Positions 50,095 to 59,800 of a stretch of 64,000 nucleotides of DNA are shown here, piece after piece (position 1 is the stretch's first letter; the number at the start of each line of letters is the position of its first letter). The position numbers and the translations under genes were made by a program. The stretch is taken from positions 124,001 to 188,000 of the IMG/VR virus record IMGVR_UViG_3300030329_004647; one strand, written 5' to 3'. A model generated the notes under the pieces. That model was not told the DNA's origin. It did no database searches and worked only from the letters and a program-made list of their open reading frames with translations.

Positions 50095-50703
50095 TTAATC
50101 TTCGTCTGTAATCTTATATTCTAGCTCCTGTCCTACAAGAGGTTCTTCTTTTTCAATCTCTATATCAACTTCGGATTCTTCTTCAGTTGGTGGAGTCATC
50201 ATTTCCTCATATTGTGTTAGTAAGTTTTGAACACCTCTACCAAACAAATCTTCATTACCTATATTATCTCTAAGGTCAAAAATATCTTGTACTAGTCTAT
50301 CTTGAGGAGAAATAGCCACCTCTGTTTCTTCCATTACTCTATGGACTATTCTTTTAAGTGTAGACTCATTTATTTTTACAACTTTTTTAGATTCATTCAT
50401 TCCTAATCCTTTAAATGTTCCATATCCTTCAGAGTTTTCATTTTTACCCTCAACCTCCATTTCTTTCATTTCTTCCATTTCAGTTTTTTCAGTATCCTCC
50501 ATTTCAGCTATCTCATCAGCTATTTTTCGTTGTGCTTTTGTTAACTCCTTAATGTCTGCGTTATACTTACCATGATTTTTTAAACCTTCTTTTGCAATCT
50601 TAAGAGCGTTGTATGCTGCTTTTAAGTCTGTTTTAGTATTCTTTGAATCACCCTCGTATAGGTTCATTAGAGTTTTACGTAGTTTAGATTTTATATTTTC
50701 CAT
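50095..50703 (-). CDS. Charged hypothetical protein (putative internal head protein)
   Basis: Start refined to MENIKSK with TATTTATT at 50727-50720; KKVVKINESTLKRIV motif. Confidence 0.5.
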   Translation of the reverse strand: MENIKSKLRKTLMNLYEGDSKNTKTDLKAAYNALKIAKEGLKNHGKYNADIKELTKAQRKIADEIAEMEDTEKTEMEEMKEMEVEGKNENSEGYGTFKGLGMNESKKVVKINESTLKRIVHRVMEETEVAISPQDRLVQDIFDLRDNIGNEDLFGRGVQNLLTQYEEMMTPPTEEESEVDIEIEKEEPLVGQELEYKITDED

Positions 50704-51192
50704 ACTGTTGTGTTTTAATAATAAATATTTACTACACCAATAAAGATACATTAGGATTATAGTATAAATTTTTTCTTTATAAAAAAGCGGTATTTAATTA
50801 TAATATTTTAATCACATTTAGAGCTAGTCTTTAAAAAGTAAAAAACAATAAAAAAATAGTTAAGTTTGTCGTAAAAATATTAACAACAGAAATAGTAACA
50901 TAGCTAAACTTATGACAATTAGCTGTAATTAAATAAAAATCACCCTAAAACCTTGACTTATTTTACGACAATTTTATATTAAAACTTGGAAAAATTAGAG
51001 TAAATTAGTGAAAATAATGGAAAATAATTGATATTAAAAAAAATACGTCTAACGTGTGTATAAACGTAAGTTTTTTAATAATTAAAATTAAGTTTGTATT
51101 ATTGACTACTATGGTTGGGGTTAAAATATGGGTTTTTAGTAATAATAACGGGTATTTATGACTACCAATAACAGTTATAAAAAATAGTGATT

Positions 51193-51417
51193 ATGGATTC
51201 AGTATTTAAGTATGTAAATGGTTTTATTAGTGGAGTTGGAAGTCTTTTTATGGCTTTCATACCAGTAACGATTCTATGGTATGTATTGACTGGCGGTGCT
51301 GTGTTTAACATGGACGTAGTAGGAAACTTAACAAATCTTCTAACAAGTTTAGGTGACGGAGGTTTTGTTGGTTTAGTAGTATTAGTTATTCTAGCATCCT
51401 TTTTTACAAAAAAGTAA
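51193..51417 (+). CDS. Small membrane protein
   Basis: MDSVFKYV..., two or three hydrophobic segments; TATTTATG at 51153-51160. Confidence 0.6.
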   Translation: MDSVFKYVNGFISGVGSLFMAFIPVTILWYVLTGGAVFNMDVVGNLTNLLTSLGDGGFVGLVVLVILASFFTKK

Positions 51418-51491
51418 AATAAAAAAAGGTGAAGATAATTCTCTTACACCTTAAAAAAAAATGAGAATATAAAAAGAGAAAAAATTTTAAT

Positions 51492-51899
51492 ATGAAAAAT
51501 TTAATTTTAGCAGGGATTTTCAGTTTAGCCACTTTATGTGGGTATTCACAAACAAAGGGAGACTGGTATGTAGGAACAGGCGACATCGCGAACAGCGCTT
51601 GGACTGACTGGGCAGTATCACCAACGATTGGATACGGAATTATGGACAACCTAATGATAGGAATGTCTGTATCACAAGCTGATTCTACTGTGGATATGGA
51701 TTTGGATTTTCACGCAAGATACTTTACAAAAGGATATTTTGTGTATGTTGCAACAGATGGATTGAGTACTGACAACATGGTTTTAGGAGGTGGTAAAATG
51801 TTTGCCTTCAGAAACAATATGTACATCGACCCAAAAATTGTATACAACATGGGTGAAAAGACCACAAACCTTACAATGGGATTTGGTTTCAAATTTTAA
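51492..51899 (+). CDS. Outer-membrane beta-barrel protein (small, Bacteroidota-type)
   Basis: Signal peptide ending GYSQ, TKGDW start, amphipathic strands, C-terminal MGFGFKF BAM signal. Confidence 0.72.
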   Translation: MKNLILAGIFSLATLCGYSQTKGDWYVGTGDIANSAWTDWAVSPTIGYGIMDNLMIGMSVSQADSTVDMDLDFHARYFTKGYFVYVATDGLSTDNMVLGGGKMFAFRNNMYIDPKIVYNMGEKTTNLTMGFGFKF

Positions 51900-51914
51900 C
51901 AAAATAGTAAAGGA

Positions 51915-52009
51915 TAAATAATTTAAGACGGTTGCAAATTAGTGAAAGTTTTTTCCCGCAACCAAAAGATGGAAACTAATTACGGATTTTGAATTATTTA
52001 AGAGTTGCG
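51915..52009 (+). ncRNA. Candidate structured RNA with pseudoknot in 3' UTR
   Basis: Pairings 51915-51926/51989-52000, 51930-51935/51958-51963 and crossing 51937-51943/51975-51981. Confidence 0.35.
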
Positions 52010-52012
52010 AAG

Positions 52013-52038
52013 AACCCTGACGACGGTCAGGGTTTTTT
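52013..52038. terminator. Intrinsic terminator between convergent genes
   Basis: AACCCTGAC-GACG-GTCAGGGTT-TTTT. Confidence 0.85.
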
Positions 52039-52690
52039 ATTGCTTAGACTTTAAAGTATCACTAACATTATTCCAGTTAACAACTTTCCAGAAATTTTTT
52101 ATATATTTTTTTCTATCGGACATGTAATTAAGGTAATAAGCGTGTTCCCACACATCTAAACCTAGTAGAGGTTCCCCTAATCCTTCCATTAAAGGATTAT
52201 CTTGATTGGGTGTTGTAACTATTTTAAGTCGTCCATTTTTTAACACCAACCAACACCAACCAGAACCAAATACTTTACCTGACTCTTCGTCAAACTGTCT
52301 TTTAAAATTATCAAGACTACCAAAATCTTTATTTATTTTTTGTCTTAGTTCTTTAGACAAGTCTGTTTTGTTGGGGGTGATATAATCTTTAAAAAATAAA
52401 CTATGATTATAATACCCACCAGCATTATTCCTAGTAAAAGTATCATAATTTTTAATACCTTTAATAATTTTTTCTATGTCTTTTGGTGGGTTTTTTCTTT
52501 TAGATAGAGCTTCATTTAGTTTTGTTGTATACCCCTTATAATGTTTATTATAATGTTCCCACATTGTTTCATAACCCACGAAATCTTTAACAGAATTATA
52601 ATCATATGGTAGACTAACCCTCTTAAAAAATGATTTTTTAGCTTCCGCTATAATATTTTCGTTTAATATTTTCTTAATTAAATTTCTCAT
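52037..52690 (-). CDS. sodA: Fe/Mn superoxide dismutase (Mn-type signature)
   Basis: HYNKH, NNAGGYYNHSLFF, FGSGWCWL, NQDNP, DVWEHAYY. Confidence 0.9.
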   Translation of the reverse strand: MRNLIKKILNENIIAEAKKSFFKRVSLPYDYNSVKDFVGYETMWEHYNKHYKGYTTKLNEALSKRKNPPKDIEKIIKGIKNYDTFTRNNAGGYYNHSLFFKDYITPNKTDLSKELRQKINKDFGSLDNFKRQFDEESGKVFGSGWCWLVLKNGRLKIVTTPNQDNPLMEGLGEPLLGLDVWEHAYYLNYMSDRKKYIKNFWKVVNWNNVSDTLKSKQ

Positions 52691-53142
52691 TGTTTACTAA
52701 CTTTTTGCCAATAAGGTGACCTTAAAAGTACTGGGTACAGCTTTTTAGCTATCTCTTTGAATACTTTATTAATATTATCCATGTCGTCAACGTCTTTTTT
52801 ATTGTCATGAACAAATCTAAGAGCCGCTCTAGTAAAAATATCTCTTATCTCTTGTGCATTATCCCATAAATATTTAACAGGACCCTCTTGGTCCTCAAAA
52901 AAAGAATCTGTATTATAATCGCCAGTTTCCTTTCCTCGATTTAAAATATCAGAAGAAAAATGATGCTCCAAATTAGACTTACCGTCTGTTAAAAATGGTG
53001 AAAGGTCGGTCATTAACATATTATAAGCACCCCATAGTCTAAGCTGTTCAATATATCTAGAGACCTCAAAACGGTCTTTTGTTGGTAGTAGTTCTAAAGC
53101 ATCGTAATTATCTATTAGGTAGTCTATATCTGATTTTGACAT
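52687..53142 (-). CDS. Hypothetical protein
   Basis: 151 aa; TATTTATT at 53171-53164 upstream. Confidence 0.55.
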   Translation of the reverse strand: MSKSDIDYLIDNYDALELLPTKDRFEVSRYIEQLRLWGAYNMLMTDLSPFLTDGKSNLEHHFSSDILNRGKETGDYNTDSFFEDQEGPVKYLWDNAQEIRDIFTRAALRFVHDNKKDVDDMDNINKVFKEIAKKLYPVLLRSPYWQKVSKQ

Positions 53143-53172
53143 ATAAATTAAGTTTAGTTTTTAAATAAATAT

Positions 53173-54906
53173 TTAGAGAGACTGCATTTCCTGTAGTATT
53201 TCCGCAAACATGTCTTCTTCTTCCATGTTATCTCCCATTACAGTGTCTATAATTCTTTTTTTCTGTTGTACTATATTATATATAATACGTTCTATTGTAT
53301 TTTCAAAAATAGGATATATACATGACACATTTTTCTTTTGTCCTATTCTAAATGCTCTATCTTCCGCTTGAGACATTGTAGCTGGAACAAAAGACAGGTC
53401 ATTAAATATTACAACCTCAGCCTCTGTAAGAGTAATACCAACCCCACCAGCAACTATATTTGAAACAAATACTTTTACATTTGAGTCATTTTGAAAATCG
53501 TCTACACTTTTTTGTCTATCTTCTTTTTTCATTTGACCATATAATGGAACAGCTACCTTTTTATATTTTGAAAGAATTTGCATTAGAGGTTCAGTAAAGT
53601 TTGTAAAAACAATCACCTTTTTATCTTGTTCTAAACACTGGTCAATAAGGTCATATGTGTTTTTGAGTTTTTCTAGAGCAATAAGTTGTCTAACCTTCAT
53701 TAGTTTGGACAGCTGTATTGTTAAACTTTTATTTTTGTTATCGTTTGCCCAATCCAAATACTCACCAACCTCTCTTTGATATTCCGTAGAATTTAACTCC
53801 AAAAAAATTGGCGTTATAATTTTATCTGGTAAATCTAATATTTCTTCTTTTAGTCTTCTTAAAACTTTTTGTTTAGTTCGGTCCCGTAATTCTTCTAGGT
53901 TGGATGCTCCATGAGTTAACCAAATTTTTCTATTCCCTTTTCTAATCTGATACCCATCACAATATCTTTTAACATAATGAACCCAGTTTTTCGCTACTCT
54001 AGAGTCTACTAACTTAAGAATATTATAGTAATTCATTGGTCTAGAAGTCATAGGTGTACCAGTTAATAACCAAACCTTTTTAATTTTAGAACATAAATTA
54101 TTCACCAACTTAGTACGTTGAGCTTTAGGATTAGAAATGTAATGAGCCTCATCTATTATAATTAAATCAAAATTTTCATCTAAAATAGTCGTAATACTCT
54201 TATCTATAGAGTGAAAGTTTTTTAATATATCATAATTTATTATTACGAATTTACCACTTTTCCACTTCTTACCCTCAACAATTCCAATTTCTTCTTTACT
54301 ATAATTTTCTATTTCTCTTTTCCAGTTTAATTTAAGTGTAGCTGGACATATTACTAATATTTTAGTTGACTTACTCTCAATAGCGGCTATTGTCCCACTA
54401 GTAGTTTTACCAACACCCATATCATCAGCTAAAATAAATTTATCATTACCTAATAATTTTTCTATAGCAATTTTTTGGTGGTCATAAGGCATTCTATGTG
54501 AATAAGGAGAGTAGTCTACAGAAACCTTTCTTTCTGTGTTAACAATAATTTGTGCTTTAGGCACCCAGAAGTCGTTTAAAGGATGAGTATCTATTATCTT
54601 CCCCCAAACATGGTAAGCTTTATCACTTTCACTTAATATTTTTTCTACCCATATTTTTTCTGGTTTTTTTTGTAAAAAGTTTTGTGACATAAGTGTTTCA
54701 CTTAAATAATCATCTATCTCAATCCACTTACGAGCTATTTTAGGTACATTTTCATAATTTTTAATAATATAGTCTGCTTGTTTACGAGTGGGCAAAAAGT
54801 TTTTAGATAACTTTAAATTGTTTTTTAATTTCAATATATAGTTATTTGCCCCCTCATATTTACTTAAGAGACTTAAAGATTCTATTTCAGGAAGTAAGTT
54901 ATCCAT
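53173..54906 (-). CDS. SNF2-family (SMARCAL1/HARP-like) helicase
   Basis: DDMGVGKT, DEAH, LTGTP, LRRLK, GVGITLT, QAEDRAFRIGQ; start refined to MDNLL. Confidence 0.88.
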   Translation of the reverse strand: MDNLLPEIESLSLLSKYEGANNYILKLKNNLKLSKNFLPTRKQADYIIKNYENVPKIARKWIEIDDYLSETLMSQNFLQKKPEKIWVEKILSESDKAYHVWGKIIDTHPLNDFWVPKAQIIVNTERKVSVDYSPYSHRMPYDHQKIAIEKLLGNDKFILADDMGVGKTTSGTIAAIESKSTKILVICPATLKLNWKREIENYSKEEIGIVEGKKWKSGKFVIINYDILKNFHSIDKSITTILDENFDLIIIDEAHYISNPKAQRTKLVNNLCSKIKKVWLLTGTPMTSRPMNYYNILKLVDSRVAKNWVHYVKRYCDGYQIRKGNRKIWLTHGASNLEELRDRTKQKVLRRLKEEILDLPDKIITPIFLELNSTEYQREVGEYLDWANDNKNKSLTIQLSKLMKVRQLIALEKLKNTYDLIDQCLEQDKKVIVFTNFTEPLMQILSKYKKVAVPLYGQMKKEDRQKSVDDFQNDSNVKVFVSNIVAGGVGITLTEAEVVIFNDLSFVPATMSQAEDRAFRIGQKKNVSCIYPIFENTIERIIYNIVQQKKRIIDTVMGDNMEEEDMFAEILQEMQSL

Positions 54907-54912
54907 TATATA

Positions 54913-54955
54913 CAAATATAATAAATTCTCTAATATAAACAATTAAGTATTTATC
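54913..54955. promoter_or_regulatory. Divergent promoters: minus TTG-N19-TATATTTG (helicase) and plus TATTTATC (neck gene)
   Basis: CAAATATA 54913-54920, CAA 54940-54942; TATTTATC 54948-54955. Confidence 0.65.
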
Positions 54956-54960
54956 TATAT

Positions 54961-55479
54961 ATGGCAAAACAGAAAAAAATACCTATTACAAGGATATCTC
55001 GATTTTTTGGGTCGGAAGATTTTGACCTAGAACAACAAATGGGGATGGAATGGTTACATGGTGACATGCATTTCACATTAGTATTATTTAGGGTAGATAG
55101 AAGACAATCAGACGTAGATGATGTTTATGGTGAATCAGGTCCAGAAGAAATTAGATATTTTGCTCCTGTAGAATTTAACGCTTACGTCAAAATAGATGAA
55201 CCACAAAATAAAAGCTACGCCGATGGACTTGTAAATCAGATGGAGCCAGGAAATCTTACCTTTGGTGTTTATACTAAACATTTAGATGAATTAGATATTG
55301 ATATTTCTTATGGTGATTACATTGGTTATCAAGAAACCGAAGATAGGATGAGATATTATAGTGTAACTAATGATGGAAGAGTAACATCCGATTTAAAACA
55401 CACCATTGGTGGATACAAACCTTTTTATAGGACAATAAAATGTGCTTACGTAACACCAAATCAATTTAAAGGAATATAA
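54961..55479 (+). CDS. Neck/head-closure protein (gp14-like)
   Basis: DDVYGES...L.ELDIDISYGDYI pattern; position before tail terminator and sheath. Confidence 0.55.
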   Translation: MAKQKKIPITRISRFFGSEDFDLEQQMGMEWLHGDMHFTLVLFRVDRRQSDVDDVYGESGPEEIRYFAPVEFNAYVKIDEPQNKSYADGLVNQMEPGNLTFGVYTKHLDELDIDISYGDYIGYQETEDRMRYYSVTNDGRVTSDLKHTIGGYKPFYRTIKCAYVTPNQFKGI

Positions 55480-56567
55480 TGGCATTACCTAAAAAAGTTA
55501 AAAAGAATTTAGATATTACTTCTAGAAAGGTACAAGAAGAGTATCCGTTTGGTTATAACGGAATACAAGTTCCTGACAGAAGAAAAGAATTAGCAGGACT
55601 CATAACAGAAGACGGTACATTTTTACCTAAATCGGTATTACATGAAGACCTAGACGGGGGTATGTTAAGTTTTGTACAAGAACAACTAAAAGTAGCACTT
55701 AACGGAAAACAACTTCCTGTCATAGATAGAATTTTAACCATTCAACGATGGGGAGAATTTGCACAAACTTGGAGTTTTGCTAATGAAGATAAAAATGTAG
55801 AACTACCTTTTATTGTTGTAGTAAGAAAACCAGATGTACAATACGGTAGTAATCCAGCTTTAAGATATACAATCCCAAATAGAAAACAGTTTCATTTTGC
55901 CAAAGTACCAACTTGGGATGGAACTAGAAAAGGTATGGACGTTTATACAATTCCACAACCCGTACCTATAGACATTACTTATGATGTTAAAATCGTATGT
56001 AATAGAATGAGAGAACTTAACATTTTTAACAGAAAAGTAATGCAAACTTTTACTTCTAGACAAGCCTATACTTTTGTTAAAGGACACTATGTTCCAATAA
56101 TACTTAATTCTGTAGGTGATGAAAGTGTTATAGATACTGACGATAGAAGGTACTATCAACAAAATTATAGTTTTATCTTATTAGGATTTTTAATTGACGA
56201 GGAGGAGTTTGAAGTAAAACCAGCAATTACCAGAAACTTAATGTTATTTGATTTTGATGTTAAAAATAAAAGAAAAAATATACAGGTTATGGATGGGAAG
56301 GTTAACCCATACAAATATAGAAGAAAATTAAATTATGAAATAGGGTCAACAACCCCAGAAGTAGGAACTATAACTTATCAGTATAGAGCTAATATAAAAA
56401 CTGTAAGAACAAGAAACGTATCGTCAGTAACATTTAAAATTAATGGTGTGACGGACAACTCACCAGAAATAGAAATAAAGAAGTTGGATAAATTAGAAGT
56501 GATTATTGATATAGACGATAACTCTAAAACATCTATGGTTGTATTAGAAGAAACTCTTTTACCTTAA
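55479..56567 (+). CDS. Tail terminator/sheath stabiliser (gp15-like)
   Basis: LPFIVVVR, PQPVPIDITYDVKI, F..LGFL; directly upstream of sheath. Confidence 0.55.
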   Translation: MALPKKVKKNLDITSRKVQEEYPFGYNGIQVPDRRKELAGLITEDGTFLPKSVLHEDLDGGMLSFVQEQLKVALNGKQLPVIDRILTIQRWGEFAQTWSFANEDKNVELPFIVVVRKPDVQYGSNPALRYTIPNRKQFHFAKVPTWDGTRKGMDVYTIPQPVPIDITYDVKIVCNRMRELNIFNRKVMQTFTSRQAYTFVKGHYVPIILNSVGDESVIDTDDRRYYQQNYSFILLGFLIDEEEFEVKPAITRNLMLFDFDVKNKRKNIQVMDGKVNPYKYRRKLNYEIGSTTPEVGTITYQYRANIKTVRTRNVSSVTFKINGVTDNSPEIEIKKLDKLEVIIDIDDNSKTSMVVLEETLLP

Positions 56568-56728
56568 CCCTCTCCGTATATATCACTTTTTTGTTTACAA
56601 TTTTTTTCTATTAACTTTTCTATATACCTGGATAGGAGTAAACCATGTTTTTTACAATACCTTTTAAGTATTCTATGGTATTCTTCTCGAATCTTTAAAT
56701 TTTTTATTTTTTTGTTGTTTTCTTTCAT
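56564..56728 (-). CDS. Ribbon-helix-helix (Arc/CopG-like) DNA-binding protein, 54 aa (not in ORF track)
   Basis: MKENNKKIKNLKIREEYHRILKRYCKKHGLLLSRYIEKLIEKNCKQKSDIYGEG: beta strand, helix, G turn, helix. Confidence 0.65.
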   Translation of the reverse strand: MKENNKKIKNLKIREEYHRILKRYCKKHGLLLSRYIEKLIEKNCKQKSDIYGEG

Positions 56729-56749
56729 AGGTAGAAAAAAGGTAGAAAA
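56729..56749. repeat. Tandem direct repeat AGGTAGAAAA x2 (11-bp period), candidate operator
   Basis: Copies at 56729-56738 and 56740-56749, abutting the RHH start codon. Confidence 0.55.
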
Positions 56750-56808
56750 TATTCATACTTTACAATAAATAGTACGTTTTTAGCAATACCTTTTCGGTTG
56801 GGAAAAAG

Positions 56809-56816
56809 TATTTATC
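56809..56816 (+). promoter_or_regulatory. Putative late promoter TATTTATC for tail sheath
   Basis: Recurring motif; an opposite copy at 56764-56771 faces the RHH gene. Confidence 0.55.
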
Positions 56817-56855
56817 TAATGATAAAATAAATTTATTTAGTAAAAAAAGACAAAT

Positions 56856-59800
56856 ATGGCTAACGGTAATAATAGAGTATTCGTATCTCCAGGGGTATAC
56901 ACCTCGGAAAAAGATTTAAGTTTTGTAGCACAGAGTGTTGGTGTTACAACATTAGGTTTGGTCGGAGAGACCAAAAAAGGGCCAGCTTTTGAACCAATCT
57001 TTGTAAGTAATTATAGTGACTTTACAACTAGATTTGGTAGTACATCAGCTGACAAATTTGTTGATACACAAATTCCTAAACACGAATTAGCATTTATAGC
57101 AAAATCTTACTTATCACAATCAAATCAATTGTTTGTGACAAGAGTATTAGGATTAAATGGTTATGATGCAGGACCATCTTGGTCAATAACAACAATCGGT
57201 GAAGTAGACCCACTATACGTTTCTGCTGCAACATCAGCTCAAACAACGAGTAACTGGAGTGACATTATTTACATTCCAATGACCTCAACTACCGCTACGC
57301 CAGACGGAATATATTTAACATATAACTCTGCGACAGGAAAGTTTAGTGACCCTATCACTGATATGACAACATTTGGGGGTGCCAATTTCCCAATTCAAAA
57401 TTACCAACTAACAGGCCAAACATTTATTAATGGGTATGGAACTACTTTAGGTACTTTTATTGATGAAATAACCTCTTTTGTTAACACAGTAAATGGTGGG
57501 GACAATATGTCTTGGGATGGTTCAGGACTAAGTCAATACTGGTATTATGGTGTATTAGGTACAGGAACAACTGTTGGTGGTGAAGGAGCAAATAGTTTTT
57601 GTGAACATTACGCTAACACGTGGATGACAGGTAATACATCAGGATTATCCATTCAAGCAATAGACCATGAAAATAGATTAGCTGTTGACGCTTCAAACTT
57701 CTATGATGACCAAAATGATGGTTGGTATGACACTTTATTCGAGTATGAATATGGTGAAGGTGCTAACTGTTACTGTACTTCTTATTCAGGTTCTTCATTT
57801 GATATGTTTGGTTATTCAGCTTTAACAGCTCAAACATATATAGATGAAGTTGACTTAAGTACTAGTGGAGCAAGTACATTCTTTGCTGGTGGACAATTTA
57901 ATAATGACCCAACATCAGGAGGAACAAGTACAGAATGGTCAGGAGCTACAGGAGTAAATGGAACAGGTGGACAAGCTGTAATATCGTTTACGGCTACTAG
58001 TAGTGGTGGTCCAGAAACTTGGGCATACAGAATTGGTTCAACATCAGCTAACGCAACAGGTGTAGTAGCTAATGTATGGAGTTCCCTATACCAAACACCA
58101 GTGGGAACATATGATAGTATAGGACCTGTAACGACACATCCTTATGTACCATCTGATTTTGACGAGGTATTATCAGGAGGAACAGCATCCACAACAACAG
58201 TATTAAAGAGTAATCCATATCCAGTACCATTAACGCCATTCGATTTCGCGAAGAGTGGTACAACTTGTGATACTAGTATAGGAGCTTACTCAGCTGTTTC
58301 AGTAATTTATAGTGGATTTGCTAATATTGGTAGTTTAGTAGGTGGTAACTTAGGTGGAGCAGGAACTGGATTCGACCAAGGTAATCTATCTTCAGGTATT
58401 TCACATACCTTTGTTGGTTTCTCTGGAGCTGACGGACCAAACTCATATTCTGGGACACTTGCTGTTAATATGGTATTCTATAGTGCTGATTGTCAATCAC
58501 AAAATCTGTTAACATTACAATTAAGTGGTTGTGCAGCTGAATATCAAAATGTAAGTGCAGACACTGAATATCACAACTTAGTAGTGGCAACAATGAGAGC
58601 TAGAGGACAAAGTTCACTTTCTACAGGAGGACCAGTCTATACAATTAGTGGTTCATCATCATCCTCAACAGGAGCTTACGGTGATGTAACATTTAATTGT
58701 TTAGGAGCTTACCAACCAATAGTTGATGACCCATTCTTTAATTTTGGTATAAGTGCTAGAACGGATGGTGGAGCAACATATAACTTTGATGTGAGCATGA
58801 ATACATCATCTAAAAATTACCTACCAAAAGTATTAGGTAGAAATGTATTTGATAAAAAAATGGAGGAAGTTCCTATTTTTGTTGAGGAAGTTTACCCTAA
58901 TATCCTAAAATATGGATTTAATAGAAATAGAATTAGAGGCCTAAACTGTTGTTTATTAAAATTACCAGCAGCAAGATGGAACAATACAGGTATGGATTCT
59001 ATAGGTTGGTACATGCAACAATGGCAAACACCAGAAACACCTTACGTAGTTTCAGAATTACGAGGTGAGGATGTATATAGACTATTTAAATTTGTTTCTA
59101 TTTCAGACGGTACAGAAGCAAATAGAGAATATAAAGTATCAATTATAAACATTTCATTTGAAAGATTAGAGTTTGATGTATTAGTTAGAGATTTCTATGA
59201 TAGTGACGCTAGTCCTGTTGTTTATGAAAAATTCACAAGATGTAGTTTAGACCCATCATTACCTTCTTTTATAGGAAGAAAAATAGGTACTTCAGATGGT
59301 CAATACGAATTAAGGTCTAAATACACAATGTTATATTTAACTGAAGAGGTTTTAGATGGAACACTTAAAGACGCTGTTCCAGCAGGTTTTGATTACTACG
59401 ATTTTAGAAATTATGAAAACGGTGCTGGTAAAACGTGTAGAGCTATTCCACCGATGTTAAAATATAAAACAAAATACTTTACGGCTGGAGAAGTAGTTTA
59501 TGACCCACCTTATGATAACGCTGACGGAAGTGCTAACTCTTATATATCACCAGGTGACAATGTGAGAAAAACATATTTAGGTATTTCTGACACAGTAGGT
59601 GCAGCTATAGATTTTGATTTCTTCGAGTATAAAGGTAAGAAAACACCAGTATCGGTTTGTACAGATGTTAATGGTGTAAGTTGGGGAACAATCAGAAAAG
59701 GTTTCCATATGGATTCAGGAGCTACAATAATTGTTGCGGGTTCTGGAACGTATATAACACAATCGGGTACAACTCTTAGTGGTGACTCTATCTTTGAGGT

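Noticed and set aside
51915-52009. Known ribozyme or riboswitch (pistol, twister, HDV-like)
   Set aside because: Conserved catalytic nucleotides were not recognisable by eye; kept only as an unclassified candidate.
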